A stretch of 35,282 nt of DNA from an uncultured Candidatus Saccharibacteria bacterium (GTDB lineage: Bacteria > Patescibacteriota > Minisyncoccia > Phycocordibacterales > UBA9973). Numbering within the stretch: the first letter of the stretch is position 1; each line of letters begins with the position of its first letter. The stretch covers positions 1 to 35,282 of the forward strand of contig CAZQAX010000003.1 of the NCBI GenBank assembly GCA_964591475.1, read 5' to 3'. The position numbers and the translations under genes are program-made. Below, piece by piece: positions 12,896-23,075 of the stretch. Under the pieces are notes generated by a model, which saw only the letters and a program-made list of their open reading frames with translations, did no database searches and was not told the origin of the DNA.

Positions 12896-13120
12896 ATGAA
12901 GAAATACGAGCAAGATCTATTAACTAGCCAAGAACAGCTAACCCTGGGTGTGTTTTTAGAGTCTTTTAATAAAAATATGCCTGAAAGCTTTCCAAAAGCG
13001 ACAGCGCCACTGCTTAAAAAATTCAAAGATTCTCATGAATCGCTATTTAAAGACAGTAATTCATGGTCACTCGATGTACACCGCAAAAAACTAATTGACT
13101 GGTTACCGGGCAATATTTAA
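12896..13120 (+). CDS. hypothetical protein (74 aa)
   Basis: ATG lies 6 nt after TGtTAAAAT. Terminator at 13119-13147. Confidence 0.55.
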   Translation: MKKYEQDLLTSQEQLTLGVFLESFNKNMPESFPKATAPLLKKFKDSHESLFKDSNSWSLDVHRKKLIDWLPGNI

Positions 13121-13147
13121 AAAACCTCATATTGTATGAGGTTTTTT
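13119..13147. terminator. bidirectional terminator between convergent genes
   Basis: ACCTCATA/TATGAGGT stem flanked by A- and T-runs. Confidence 0.8.
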
Positions 13148-13164
13148 ACTTTATATCTGTATGG

Positions 13165-14040
13165 CTACTGATTCAAAGGCAATTCCATGAAAAATGTTGA
13201 ACCTTTGTCTACACCGCCCGATTCAGCATACATTTTACCACCGTGCCTGTTGATTATGATTTTTGATAGATATAGCCCCAATCCCATACCGTATGAATTT
13301 AACGCTTGTGCTCGGTCGCCACGGTAGAACTTTGAAAAGACTTTCATTTTATCAACCATATTTAAGCCTATACCGTTATCTTGTACGAAAAATAAAATAC
13401 TTTTACCTTGGTTTTTGCAATCGACATTGATTTGGCCATTGTTTGGTGTATAGGTCAGAGCATTTTCAATTAAAACATCTATAACAAATGAAATTCTTTT
13501 TAGGTCGGCAGTTAATAAAGGCATTTTATCAAAAATCGATACATTCATTTGTATACCTTTTTTATTAATTAAACCCGCATGTTTTAAAAGCGACTCTTCG
13601 ACTATTTCTCGAATTGAAACAGCCTTGAATGTATAACTTGAAACATCGCGCACATCAATAATACCCAAAAATGTGTCTACAACCGCCAATAATCGGTCAG
13701 ATGCATTTTCAATGTCTTGAATATAGTTTTGCCTTTCGGTGTATGATTCGGTGCTTTTAAGCTCATTTGCGGTCCATAATATTCTAGTTAGTGAGGTTCT
13801 AAAGCTATGGTTCACTATTACGGCAAAGTCATGTTCAGATTTATTTGATTTTAAAAATAGTTTTATGTAATGAAAAACCAGGGCTGCAATACTAGCATAA
13901 AAAACATAGTCTATTATAAGTGGCAGTGCTGACTGATCGTATTTAACAGCAATTTGGGTGCTATTGTTCATAATATAAACTAGACCTATAAAATATACTG
14001 CAAGAATCGTTACACTTAGAATTTTGCGAAATTTGTTCAT
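13165..14040 (-). CDS. sensor histidine kinase (2 TM, HisKA + HATPase_c)
   Basis: H-box HSFRTSLT, N-box ENALTYTP, G1 DNGIGL, G2 GMGLGLYLS. ATG 14040 lies 6 nt after TATAAT. Confidence 0.85.
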   Translation of the reverse strand: MNKFRKILSVTILAVYFIGLVYIMNNSTQIAVKYDQSALPLIIDYVFYASIAALVFHYIKLFLKSNKSEHDFAVIVNHSFRTSLTRILWTANELKSTESYTERQNYIQDIENASDRLLAVVDTFLGIIDVRDVSSYTFKAVSIREIVEESLLKHAGLINKKGIQMNVSIFDKMPLLTADLKRISFVIDVLIENALTYTPNNGQINVDCKNQGKSILFFVQDNGIGLNMVDKMKVFSKFYRGDRAQALNSYGMGLGLYLSKIIINRHGGKMYAESGGVDKGSTFFMELPLNQ

Positions 14041-14046
14041 ATGTAA

Positions 14047-14052
14047 ATTATA
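14047..14052 (-). promoter_or_regulatory. -10 TATAAT, 6 nt before ATG 14040 (leaderless)
   Basis: Read on the minus strand. Confidence 0.5.
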
Positions 14053-14074
14053 CCCCATAATCAATTTTTTATAA

Positions 14075-14100
14075 ATAAAAAAGCCCTTCGCGTACGAAGG
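14075..14100 (-). terminator. terminator of prs
   Basis: CCTTCG/CGAAGG stem, then GC plus T6 on the minus strand. Confidence 0.6.
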
Positions 14101-14109
14101 ACTCTTGTA

Positions 14110-15153
14110 TTAATTTGATTGTGCTACTTTTTTTTCGCCATTATCTAACCAAAGAGCTGAAACCGATTCACCGTTGTGCAGGTTATCAATGGTTCTGGCT
14201 ATCCATTTTGCTACAGACATAATAATGATTTTTTTACCTGCTGACTCAATGGTCTTGATAAAGTCATCACTTACCGGCACTGTGTCAGTAACACAAACTG
14301 ATTGAAATTTAGATTCAATAATGTTTTTAGATGTTTCTTCACCGAAATCAGGATGCGTGGCAGTAGCTCCAAAATTTTTGATATGAGGATACTTTTCACT
14401 AACTGCTTCGGCCGCATTTTTCAGAGTACTAAATGTGCTAATAAGATCATCAACAAACTCAATAGAGTCTATCTGCTCAGAAATTATACCCTGCGCATAA
14501 ACTTGCATTACCTTTGTTTGATCTGAAGCTTTCTGGTCTCTAACTTTGTCGGTTATTATCAGGGGTACATTAAATTCATTGGCAACTACTCTGCCATACT
14601 TCGAACCACCCAGGTCACCGGCGCCAATAGCCAAGCGTGACATGTCTGGGTATTTTGACCTGATGTGGTCAATAATAAGCATTGTTGTGTCAATTTCTTC
14701 CATTGGAGGATCATCACTTTGACTAGCTGGATTGTGTAGCTTACAAACAACGATTTGATCTACGCCAATACTTTGAAATAGCCTTGGAAACAATCCAGTA
14801 AGTTTTGGTTTTCGATTTTTTCTGTCCATAACATCTTGTCTTTGGTGGGGTAATTTTGGAATGATGACTGTAATCTTGTGTGGACGACCAACCGAAATAC
14901 ACCATATAAAACGTAGATACTGTGTTAACCAGTGCCCAGTTTCAGGCCCATTCTGGCTTGTAAAAATAATAAATACGTCGCGTCCACGAACGGTTTCAGT
15001 TTGGTGCGGGATGCTTTCGCCATCAGAAAAGTCTTGAATGTGTACACCTCCGGGCTCAATATTATCAAGCTCTTCAGCGACTGCTTTGCCAAGTCTTAGA
15101 TCATTTCCAAGAATAAATAACTGTTTAGGGTAGGGGATTTTTAGGTTTTGCAT
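14110..15153 (-). CDS. prs: ribose-phosphate pyrophosphokinase
   Basis: Prs-like F.DGE........VRG.DVFII plus a PRPP-binding loop VDDLIST..T. Confidence 0.85.
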   Translation of the reverse strand: MQNLKIPYPKQLFILGNDLRLGKAVAEELDNIEPGGVHIQDFSDGESIPHQTETVRGRDVFIIFTSQNGPETGHWLTQYLRFIWCISVGRPHKITVIIPKLPHQRQDVMDRKNRKPKLTGLFPRLFQSIGVDQIVVCKLHNPASQSDDPPMEEIDTTMLIIDHIRSKYPDMSRLAIGAGDLGGSKYGRVVANEFNVPLIITDKVRDQKASDQTKVMQVYAQGIISEQIDSIEFVDDLISTFSTLKNAAEAVSEKYPHIKNFGATATHPDFGEETSKNIIESKFQSVCVTDTVPVSDDFIKTIESAGKKIIIMSVAKWIARTIDNLHNGESVSALWLDNGEKKVAQSN

Positions 15154-15212
15154 ATTTAGTTTTTTAATTTTTCTGACCTAAGTCTATTGTAAAAAACCCT
15201 TTTTGTCAAAAA

Positions 15213-15245
15213 CAAAAAACCCGTTCAATACTGAACGGGTTTTTA
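15213..15245 (-). terminator. terminator of 15263-15490
   Basis: 9-bp stem ACCCGTTCA/TGAACGGGT, T-run on the minus strand. Confidence 0.8.
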
Positions 15246-15262
15246 ATCCAAAGGGGATTTTA

Positions 15263-15490
15263 CTAGTTGTCTTCGGGGCCAAGTATGCATATACTCAAGC
15301 CCTTCAGTTTTTCATCTTCAGGGAACTCGAAGAATTTTAATGAGTTTTCACTAGCTTCTAGTGATATTTGCAAATCGCCAAAAGGTTTACCACCAAGTGG
15401 GAACACCTTAACATCACCATCAGAGCTTAACATCTCATTAACTCTTACACGGACCCTCTCTTTAAATTCAGCATCTTCTTTTGCAAACAT
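15263..15490 (-). CDS. hypothetical acidic protein (75 aa)
   Basis: ATG ORF with TG-TATAAT upstream and terminator 15213-15245 downstream. Confidence 0.5.
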   Translation of the reverse strand: MFAKEDAEFKERVRVRVNEMLSSDGDVKVFPLGGKPFGDLQISLEASENSLKFFEFPEDEKLKGLSICILGPEDN

Positions 15491-15521
15491 AACTTATTTT
15501 TTATTATTATACATTAATTTT

Positions 15522-16241
15522 CTAATTACGCAATAGCTTAGCCATTTCGTTCTTGGTCCACTCGACCTTGCGCTTGTCTTGCTGAAAATAGCCCCTAGTG
15601 ACCTCGTATTTACCGGTGGCTTCGTTTAATACAGGTACAGTTTCTTTATAAGGGTCATCTTCTGATCCAAAAGCCCTACCTGCTGTACCGAAATCAATCA
15701 TTACGGGGTTGCAATCATCTTCGGTATCAATCATCAGGTTCTTTTTATGTAAATCTCTGTGGTGAATACCGTTTTCATGCATTATGTCTAAATACTGGTC
15801 AACTTTTGCCCAATACTTATCGTGATCATAGTTTTCAGGTATTGGAGCAAGGCCCATTATTATATCACCAGGGGTTGGGCCATTTATCTTCTCCATTAAT
15901 ATATAAAAGTCTCCTGTTTCTGTATCTTTAATATACGCAATTAGTTTAGGTACCCGTACCCCTAGTGCACCAACCTCTTGTTGATATTCGAATTCGGTAT
16001 CAATATCATTGCATAAAATTTTTGGCACTTTTTTCATTTTTTTCATGCAAACATCACCAAAGTGTTTATCTTTAATACCCAAAACTACGGCATTGTCACC
16101 AAAACCGATCTGTTCAGATCTTTTCATTAATTCAGCAAGACACTTTTTAAGAGCCTTTTCTTCTTTTTGTTCTACGTATTTTTTTACGATTTCAAATTTT
16201 CCTCCTGGTGTCATTCTTTCCATATAATTTAATTTTACCAT
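15522..16241 (-). CDS. minimal protein-kinase-fold protein (Ser/Thr kinase, RIO or Kdo-kinase-like)
   Basis: HHRDLHKKNLMID catalytic loop, DFG motif, VCMKK lysine region. Only 239 aa. Confidence 0.75.
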   Translation of the reverse strand: MVKLNYMERMTPGGKFEIVKKYVEQKEEKALKKCLAELMKRSEQIGFGDNAVVLGIKDKHFGDVCMKKMKKVPKILCNDIDTEFEYQQEVGALGVRVPKLIAYIKDTETGDFYILMEKINGPTPGDIIMGLAPIPENYDHDKYWAKVDQYLDIMHENGIHHRDLHKKNLMIDTEDDCNPVMIDFGTAGRAFGSEDDPYKETVPVLNEATGKYEVTRGYFQQDKRKVEWTKNEMAKLLRN

Positions 16242-16286
16242 ATAAGCTTTTTAGGCACCAGTCACATAGGTTTGTGGTTAATTTTG

Positions 16287-16295
16287 TGATATTAT
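16287..16295 (+). promoter_or_regulatory. extended -10 TGaTATTAT, 7 nt before ATG 16303 (leaderless)
   Basis: Read directly. Confidence 0.55.
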
Positions 16296-16302
16296 TTTTA
16301 GA

Positions 16303-17265
16303 ATGAGACTAAAAAAGCAAAGTATTTTAATTATTTTAGCAATTCTTCTTATTGCTTTTGTTTTATATTATTTTTTTAAAACAGATCTAATTAATATATC
16401 AGCATTCTCACAAAAAAATTCTATTCAAAACCAGGTTGCAATCAATGTAAACACTCCTGCGCCTGACCCCGTCACGCCGGTAGTCACTGAAATACCTGAA
16501 ATAGGTGACTACTACCTATATACAATATCTGAAATTGACACTTTGGCTAAACTAAAAAAAGACTTAGGCGCAAACGGTACTGATGAAAAATTTAAACTGG
16601 TTTTAGCTATAAACCATATTGATTCTAAATTCGTGGGCAAGAGCACAAAGCTAGTGGTACCTAAAACCTTCCCTGATAATTTGCAAAATTTTTTGCTAGA
16701 TTATTCACCATTCCCAAAAAACATACCCCAACTAAGTACTGTGCCAAAAATGATTTTAATCTCACAAAAAATTCAGTACATTGCCGCTTATGAAAATGGT
16801 GCGTTAGTATATTCAGCCCCAGTTAGTACCGGTAAAAAATCAACCCAAACTCCAAACGGTTTATTTACTGCAAATTGGAAGGCTAAAAAATCTACTAGCA
16901 CCGTTGATAGTTCATGGATACTGCCATGGGTTGTAAATTTAGACAATTTCGACGGCATTTCAATGCATCAATACGAACTGCCGGGCTACCCAGCTAGTCA
17001 TTCATGCATTCGCATGCGCGAAGTCGACGCCAAATGGATGTATGATTTTGTTAATCAATGGCAATTAACACCCGATGGCAAAAGCGTTGCTGTGCACGGA
17101 ACACCAGTATTAATTTTTGACAGTTACGAATATGACAAAGTTAGGCCTTGGTATAATTTAACTAGTGATCCAAACTTTTTAAATATCAATGAGGCCGATT
17201 TAAATACTAAACTAGCACCGTTTATGGATAAAATTTTAAATTATAATAAAGAGGTGTTAAACTAA
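16303..17265 (+). CDS. L,D-transpeptidase (YkuD domain) with N-terminal TM anchor
   Basis: Catalytic motif H....PASHSCIRM. ATG lies 7 nt after TGaTATTAT. Confidence 0.85.
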   Translation: MRLKKQSILIILAILLIAFVLYYFFKTDLINISAFSQKNSIQNQVAINVNTPAPDPVTPVVTEIPEIGDYYLYTISEIDTLAKLKKDLGANGTDEKFKLVLAINHIDSKFVGKSTKLVVPKTFPDNLQNFLLDYSPFPKNIPQLSTVPKMILISQKIQYIAAYENGALVYSAPVSTGKKSTQTPNGLFTANWKAKKSTSTVDSSWILPWVVNLDNFDGISMHQYELPGYPASHSCIRMREVDAKWMYDFVNQWQLTPDGKSVAVHGTPVLIFDSYEYDKVRPWYNLTSDPNFLNINEADLNTKLAPFMDKILNYNKEVLN

Positions 17266-17277
17266 TATTACTAATTT

Positions 17278-17436
17278 ATGGATTTTTCAACTCACCATAA
17301 CAAAGACGTATTTTTTTTACTAATACTGACACTATTTGGCTCAATTTCGGCTATGTACATAGTATGGAAGGCAAATAAAACGATTGTGTACCTAGATAAT
17401 ATTTCAAACATTGCTGCAGTTGAAGCTATTAAATAA
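17278..17436 (+). CDS. possible small membrane protein (52 aa)
   Basis: Hand-translated MDFSTHHNKDVFFLLILTLFGSISAMYIVWKANK... One TM segment. No independent signals. Confidence 0.3.
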   Translation: MDFSTHHNKDVFFLLILTLFGSISAMYIVWKANKTIVYLDNISNIAAVEAIK

Positions 17437-17448
17437 AATTTAATTATA

Positions 17449-17484
17449 AAACCCCCTACAGACACATTTCTTTGTAGGGGGTTA
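17449..17484. terminator. hairpin between convergent genes (better T-tract on the minus strand)
   Basis: 10-bp stem ACCCCCTACA/TGTAGGGGGT. Confidence 0.6.
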
Positions 17485-17496
17485 AAATTTAACTAT

Positions 17497-18165
17497 TTAA
17501 TCATCGTCGCCGTCGCCAGTAATTTTTAGTATCTCAAGAAATAGATTTACTATGTCTAAATATAAGCTCAATGCAATATCTATAGCATTATCCATATTGC
17601 GTTCCACCACACTTGCTCGATACATGTCATAGCCAATATAAAGACTAAATATTCCAGCGGCAATGTAATCAATAATACTAAGCGCATTAAGTTCAGGTAT
17701 AAAAATACCAGCGATTCTAACAAGTAGTAAAGAGCATAAGCTAAAAAATAATGCCGAGCCAAGTTTTGAAAAAATGTTCGGCAGTAAGGTTCCAGCTAAA
17801 CCCATTGCAAATGTAATAACCGCTGTTAACGCGCACGCATTTTGTACAACATCGGCGTGATACCTGTTTAAAACAGGTCCAAGTATTATACCAAGGGGTA
17901 CTAACACTAGGTTGTATCCAATAAAGGAGATAAACCAATTATTAGACACAGATGCGATAATGATACCAATAATTGGGGCAATGAGTCCCAAGATAACTAC
18001 TGATACCCATCCCGGCACAAAACCAGACTGGTTTGCTAAATGAGCCGCTACCGCTGATCCGATTAGTCCATAAATTGTAAACCCTGATACCATTCCGTAG
18101 AATGTTTGTTTAGATACCGAGTGAAAATCACCGGTTTTTTCGAAGACTTCAGTTGATTTTAACAT
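17497..18165 (-). CDS. Bax inhibitor-1 / YccA family membrane protein
   Basis: Seven hydrophobic segments and the C-terminal LYLDIVNLFL..L motif typical of BI-1. Confidence 0.8.
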   Translation of the reverse strand: MLKSTEVFEKTGDFHSVSKQTFYGMVSGFTIYGLIGSAVAAHLANQSGFVPGWVSVVILGLIAPIIGIIIASVSNNWFISFIGYNLVLVPLGIILGPVLNRYHADVVQNACALTAVITFAMGLAGTLLPNIFSKLGSALFFSLCSLLLVRIAGIFIPELNALSIIDYIAAGIFSLYIGYDMYRASVVERNMDNAIDIALSLYLDIVNLFLEILKITGDGDDD

Positions 18166-18328
18166 TGTTTATTTTTTAATTTCTACATATATAGTAACAG
18201 TTTTATGTTTTTTGTCAAATAAAAAACCAAAATACCACAGGCTTTGTACTCGTTGTTTTTATAAAACAAAAATATCTTCATAAACAAAGGTATAGAAACG
18301 CTATACACTTTCCAAATTGAAATTTTTG

Positions 18329-18337
18329 TGTTAGACT
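18329..18337 (+). promoter_or_regulatory. extended -10 TGtTAGACT, 7 nt before ATG 18345 (leaderless)
   Basis: Read directly. Confidence 0.5.
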
Positions 18338-18344
18338 TGTGCCT

Positions 18345-20132
18345 ATGGAAATCAGAAACATTGCAATTATTGCGCACGTTGACCATGGTAAAACAACTTT
18401 GGTTGACTCTATAATGCGCCAAATGGGTATGACCGCCGAGGGTGCATCGATGGATTCAAATGATCTTGAAAAAGAGCGTGGAATCACTATTTATGCTAAA
18501 AACACATCTTTATTTTACAAAGATACAAAAATTAATATTGTCGACACACCGGGTCACGCCGATTTCGGTAGTGAAGTTGAGCGAGTACTTCGCTCAATTG
18601 ATTCAGTTCTATTGCTAGTTGACGCCCAAGAGGGTCCAATGCCACAAACTCGTTTCGTTTTAAAAAAATCTTTAGAGTTAGGTATTCAACCAATTGTGGT
18701 TATCAACAAAATCGATAAACCAGCCGCAAACCCTGCGCGTGTTCATGATGAAGTTTTAGAACTATTTATCGAACTTGGCGCCAAAGACGAACAAATCGAA
18801 TTCAAAACAATTTACGCTATTGGTCGCGACGGTGTTGCAATACGCAATCTTGAAGACGAACGCAAAGACACGACTCCGCTACTTGATTTAATACTAGAAG
18901 AAGTCAAACCAGCCAACAAAGACACCAGCCCAACTGACGAACCAAAAGCTCAAGTTTTTAACCTAGGCTATGACAATTTCTTGGGTCGTTTAGGTATCGT
19001 TCGTGTATACAGCGGCGAATTAATTAGTGGCAGTATGATGACCACAATTTCACCTTATACTGAAACTAAAACAGCTCGCATTACAAAACTGTTTACATTT
19101 AATGGGCTTGAACGCAAAGAAGTTCAAAGCCTAGTAGCTGGCGATATTGGTATTGTGGCTGGCTTTACCGATGTTTCAATTGGTGAGACTATCGTCAAAG
19201 ACGCTACAACCGAACCCATGCCTGCAATTGCAATTGATGAACCAACAATTACACTTAACTTTTTAGTTAACGATTCACCGTTTGCTGGACGCGAGGGTAA
19301 ATTCGTTACTTCTCGTCAAATTCGCGATCGTCTAGAACGCGAGCTTGAAATCAACGTGGGCCTAAAAGTTACTTTTGACCAAGACGTATTTTATGTTTCA
19401 GGCCGAGGCGAACTACACATTTCAGTATTGCTTGAACAAATGCGCCGCGAAGGTTACGAACTGCAAGTTTCTCAACCACAAGTTATTACCAAAATTGAAG
19501 ATGGTCACAAAATGGAGCCTTTTGAGGAAGTTACAATCGATGTGCCAACTGAATTCTCTGGCGCAGTTATCGAAAAACTTACAAAACGCAAAGGCTTGAT
19601 AATGAACATGTTTGAAAAAGAGGGTAGCACTAGAATCTTAATCGAAATGCCAACTCGTGGGCTATTAGGTTACCGCAGTCAATTCGTTGTTGACACAAAA
19701 GGTGAAGGCATACTTGCATCACGCTTTGTCGGTTTTCGTGCATATGCTGGCGAGATTGAAAAACGTGATGTTGGTTCTATGATCTCAATGATCACGGGTG
19801 CCGCCGCAGGTTATGCACTAGCTAACCTACAAGATCGTGGTATTTTATACATTGGTCATGCCGAGGCGCTATACGAAGGTATGGTTATCGGTAACACATC
19901 AAAAGGCGAAGACATGATTGTTAACGCAGTTAAAGGTAAGCAATTAACCAACGTTCGAGCATCTGGAACCGATGATGCTATATACCTAAAACCACCAATG
20001 ACTTTGTCGATCGAGCGTGGGCTTGAGGTTATGAACGCTGATGAATACCTAGAAATTACACCAAAATCAGTTCGGTTACGTAAAAAATATTTAACTGAAA
20101 CTGAACGAAACAAAGCCGGCCGATCTAAGTAA
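18345..20132 (+). CDS. typA: translational GTPase TypA/BipA
   Basis: [29 protein letters not shown] motifs and full-length architecture. ATG 18345 lies 7 nt after TGtTAGACT; the track GTG 18339 is less likely. Confidence 0.95.
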   Translation: MEIRNIAIIAHVDHGKTTLVDSIMRQMGMTAEGASMDSNDLEKERGITIYAKNTSLFYKDTKINIVDTPGHADFGSEVERVLRSIDSVLLLVDAQEGPMPQTRFVLKKSLELGIQPIVVINKIDKPAANPARVHDEVLELFIELGAKDEQIEFKTIYAIGRDGVAIRNLEDERKDTTPLLDLILEEVKPANKDTSPTDEPKAQVFNLGYDNFLGRLGIVRVYSGELISGSMMTTISPYTETKTARITKLFTFNGLERKEVQSLVAGDIGIVAGFTDVSIGETIVKDATTEPMPAIAIDEPTITLNFLVNDSPFAGREGKFVTSRQIRDRLERELEINVGLKVTFDQDVFYVSGRGELHISVLLEQMRREGYELQVSQPQVITKIEDGHKMEPFEEVTIDVPTEFSGAVIEKLTKRKGLIMNMFEKEGSTRILIEMPTRGLLGYRSQFVVDTKGEGILASRFVGFRAYAGEIEKRDVGSMISMITGAAAGYALANLQDRGILYIGHAEALYEGMVIGNTSKGEDMIVNAVKGKQLTNVRASGTDDAIYLKPPMTLSIERGLEVMNADEYLEITPKSVRLRKKYLTETERNKAGRSK

Positions 20133-20175
20133 TTCAGGGCAAATTTACCTAAAAAAGTTTTCCACCAATTGGGGG

Positions 20176-20203
20176 TTGACGAATTTAATAGATATGATAC
20201 TAT
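20176..20203 (+). promoter_or_regulatory. promoter TTGACG-16-(TGa)TACTAT for the sigma-r4/HARE-HTH gene
   Basis: Read directly. About 25-nt leader. Confidence 0.55.
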
Positions 20204-20235
20204 GAATACAATAACTTATTAAGTATAGAAGTAAT

Positions 20236-21267
20236 ATGGCACAACAAATAACATTTAAACCAAAACAGGTCACTAAAAAGATTCTTTCGAATCTACAACA
20301 AAGGGCATATGATGTTGTCTTTCACCGATTCGGTTTGGGCGACGATGCCACACCAAAGACCCTAGAGTCTATTGGTCAAAGCTATGGAATTACTCGTGAA
20401 CGCGTTCGTCAAATCGAAAACGCAGCACTAACAACAATTCGAAAATCAGACGCCTTTAAAAACGAACAAAAAACATTCGAAGAACTAAAAGGTATGCTTG
20501 ACGAATATGGCGTACTAGTTAAAGAAGAAGACTTCCTATCTCATGTTTCAAAAGACAAAAACGTTCAAAACCATATACACTTCTATTTAGTTTTGTCAGA
20601 CTATTTTACAAAGCACAAAGAAGATGAAGATTTTCATTCACGTTGGACTGTTGATTCAGGTGTATCTGAAAAAGTTCACTCTTCGTTAAAGAACCTATAC
20701 TCGTCACTATCTGATACTGAACTTCTATCTGAAATCGAAATCGTTGACCGCTTCCTTAAAACAATGAAAGACTTGTCAGAGGAATACCGCAACGAAGAAA
20801 TCGCAAAACGTTGGTTGGGTCTATCTAAAAAAATTGGTAAAAATCCACTAGGTGAATGGGGTAAAACTGATTCATCAAATGTTAAAACTCGTGGAATTCG
20901 CGACTATGCATACCTAGTTATGCGCAAACACGGCTCACCACTTCACTTTCGTGAAGTTGCTAAAAAAATCCAAGACACTTTTGGTAAAAAGACTCATGTA
21001 GCAACATGTCACAATGAACTAATCAAAGACAAACGTTTTGTTTTGGTTGGCCGAGGCTTCTATGCTCTGTCTGAATGGGGTTACAAACCGGGTATTGTTC
21101 GCGAAGTTATTCGTGACATCATCAAAAAATATGGCCCAATGTCAAAAGACGACATAATCGAACACGTTATGAAGGAACGATATTTGAAGAAAAACACAAT
21201 TATCGTCAATCTACAAAACGCCAAATACTTTAAAAAGAACAAGCAAGACCTATACGTTAACGCTTAA
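20236..21267 (+). CDS. sigma-70 region-4-like HTH plus C-terminal HARE-HTH domain protein
   Basis: N-terminus LESIGQSYGITRERVRQIE resembles sigma region 4.2. C-terminus H..E.....RFVLVGRGFYALSEWGY resembles the HARE-HTH of RpoE/delta-type proteins. Confidence 0.7.
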   Translation: MAQQITFKPKQVTKKILSNLQQRAYDVVFHRFGLGDDATPKTLESIGQSYGITRERVRQIENAALTTIRKSDAFKNEQKTFEELKGMLDEYGVLVKEEDFLSHVSKDKNVQNHIHFYLVLSDYFTKHKEDEDFHSRWTVDSGVSEKVHSSLKNLYSSLSDTELLSEIEIVDRFLKTMKDLSEEYRNEEIAKRWLGLSKKIGKNPLGEWGKTDSSNVKTRGIRDYAYLVMRKHGSPLHFREVAKKIQDTFGKKTHVATCHNELIKDKRFVLVGRGFYALSEWGYKPGIVREVIRDIIKKYGPMSKDDIIEHVMKERYLKKNTIIVNLQNAKYFKKNKQDLYVNA

Positions 21268-21280
21268 TCTATCTAAATCA

Positions 21281-21308
21281 AAAAACCGTACAATATGTGC
21301 GGTTTTTT
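21281..21308 (+). terminator. terminator of the sigma-r4/HARE-HTH gene
   Basis: ACCGTAC/GTGCGGT stem, T6. Confidence 0.75.
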
Positions 21309-21314
21309 GATTTG

Positions 21315-21323
21315 TGTTATAAT
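21315..21323 (+). promoter_or_regulatory. extended -10 TGtTATAAT, 6 nt before ATG 21330 (leaderless)
   Basis: Read directly. Confidence 0.6.
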
Positions 21324-21329
21324 AAAAAT

Positions 21330-21806
21330 ATGAAACAAAAAGGGATGGCAAATATTTTTGTAATAATTTTAGGCGTATTTATTATAATCATTTTATTTGG
21401 TTATTTTAAAAATAACAAAGTAGTTGTTTCAAAAAAAAGTGCTGCAAATGCTAAACAAATGTTGGACCAATCAAAATACAGTCCCGATATAAATTATCCT
21501 TTTACTGGTTGTGGTATTCAAATCGACACCCCAACACCAACCACCCACGTTAAAAATATTTTTGAATTCTCAGGTCAAGCAACTGGTTGTGGTTGGAATG
21601 CGCAAAATGGCTTCATTGGCACACTAGAAATATTGGACTCAAATAACTATTCATTAACAGACGTTATAAACGTACCTGTTGCACCCGATGGAAAATTTAA
21701 GTTAACAGTAGGCTTAAAAAGGCCGTCAACCAACGATTTAGGCTTGCTTTACTTGCGAAGTATCGATGGTTTACAGGTTGCCAGTTTTACAATTTATTTA
21801 AAATAA
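21330..21806 (+). CDS. membrane-anchored or secreted protein with an Ig-like (possibly Gmad2-like) domain
   Basis: ATG 21330 lies 6 nt after TGtTATAAT. The track start 21297 sits inside terminator 21281-21308. TM segment then a beta-rich domain. Confidence 0.6.
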   Translation: MKQKGMANIFVIILGVFIIIILFGYFKNNKVVVSKKSAANAKQMLDQSKYSPDINYPFTGCGIQIDTPTPTTHVKNIFEFSGQATGCGWNAQNGFIGTLEILDSNNYSLTDVINVPVAPDGKFKLTVGLKRPSTNDLGLLYLRSIDGLQVASFTIYLK

Positions 21807-21807
21807 T

Positions 21808-23073
21808 ATGAATTCTGTTTTAGAAATACTATATAGAACGGCTCATATTTGGGCACCAATACTTTTAGTCGTTATGGCTTGGCGTGTTTGGAATTGGTAT
21901 ATTAACGAGCTTTTTTATATGGGTCTAAATTGGAAGCTTTTAGAGATCAAGGTACCCCAAGAAATTCGTCGCTCGCCAGCTGCTATGGAGATGGTCATAA
22001 TTAACGCCCTTTATCAAACAGGTGGTTATTCAAACTGGGTACACAAATATTGGTCGGGCAATAAACCTCTGTGGTTTTCATTAGAAATTGCCTCAATCGA
22101 GGGTAATGTTCATTTTTTTATACGCACACCCGAAAAATTTGCCAGACTTATTGAAACACAGATTTATGCTCAATACCCACAAGCCGAGGTTTTTACAGTT
22201 GATGATTATGTGACCGAAGTGCCAGACTATAAACCCGATGGCGAATATGACTTGTCAGGCGGTGAGTGGAAGCTTGAAAAAGCAGACCCTTACCCAATCA
22301 AAACCTTTATTGATTACGGGCTAGACAAAGCCGTTGGTTCTCTTGATGAAGATCAAAAAATAGACCCTATAACGCCACTAATTGAATGGATGGGTTCAAT
22401 TGGTAAAGGCGAGCAAGTTTGGTTTCAAATGCTTATTCGACCTTCAAACTGGGGTAAATATGAAATAGAGGAAGAGGACAAGGTCACTAAAAAGAAAATT
22501 ATAAAAATAGGTAAATGGACAGACCTTGTCAAAAAAGAAGTCGAAGCTTATAAAAAGAAGTTCGACCCCAAAGAGGGTTCGTCAGTCCCAGTTCGAATGA
22601 GTAAAATGGAAGAAAGCGTTTTAAATGCATTAGAAAGGAGTATGACAAAGCTTGGTTTTGATATTGGCATGCGACACATATATATTGCCAAAAAAGACAA
22701 ATTCAACAAAAACACTTCGGGCGAATTTGGTAATGTGTTGCGCCAATTTAACTCACTTGAATTCAATAGCTTTAAATCAGATGGCGGTACCGGTGGACCC
22801 GACTTTGTTTGGGAAGACATGCGCGGCATTGTGCCGATTAAAAAGAAAAAGTCTATGCTAAAAGCCTACAAGGCTCGTTGGTGGTGGTACCCTCGTTTTG
22901 ACTATAAAAAAATAGGGCACTATTTGAAATACCAAAAAGAGCGCGATAGTATGGTTTTAACTAGCGAAGAAATTGCCACAATTTACCACCTACCATCAAC
23001 TACGATTCAAACACCAACGTTCAAGCGTATTAATTCTAAAAAAGTCGAGGCGCCGTTTAATCTACCTATATAA
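21808..23073 (+). CDS. hypothetical membrane-anchored protein (421 aa)
   Basis: Starts 2 nt after the upstream stop. N-terminal TM segment. No family named with confidence. Confidence 0.75.
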   Translation: MNSVLEILYRTAHIWAPILLVVMAWRVWNWYINELFYMGLNWKLLEIKVPQEIRRSPAAMEMVIINALYQTGGYSNWVHKYWSGNKPLWFSLEIASIEGNVHFFIRTPEKFARLIETQIYAQYPQAEVFTVDDYVTEVPDYKPDGEYDLSGGEWKLEKADPYPIKTFIDYGLDKAVGSLDEDQKIDPITPLIEWMGSIGKGEQVWFQMLIRPSNWGKYEIEEEDKVTKKKIIKIGKWTDLVKKEVEAYKKKFDPKEGSSVPVRMSKMEESVLNALERSMTKLGFDIGMRHIYIAKKDKFNKNTSGEFGNVLRQFNSLEFNSFKSDGGTGGPDFVWEDMRGIVPIKKKKSMLKAYKARWWWYPRFDYKKIGHYLKYQKERDSMVLTSEEIATIYHLPSTTIQTPTFKRINSKKVEAPFNLPI

Positions 23074-23075
23074 AT

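Noticed and set aside
18183-18487. Minus-strand ORFs 18183-18422 and 18278-18487 upstream of and overlapping typA
   Set aside because: They overlap the typA promoter and N-terminus, have no signals and have implausible composition.
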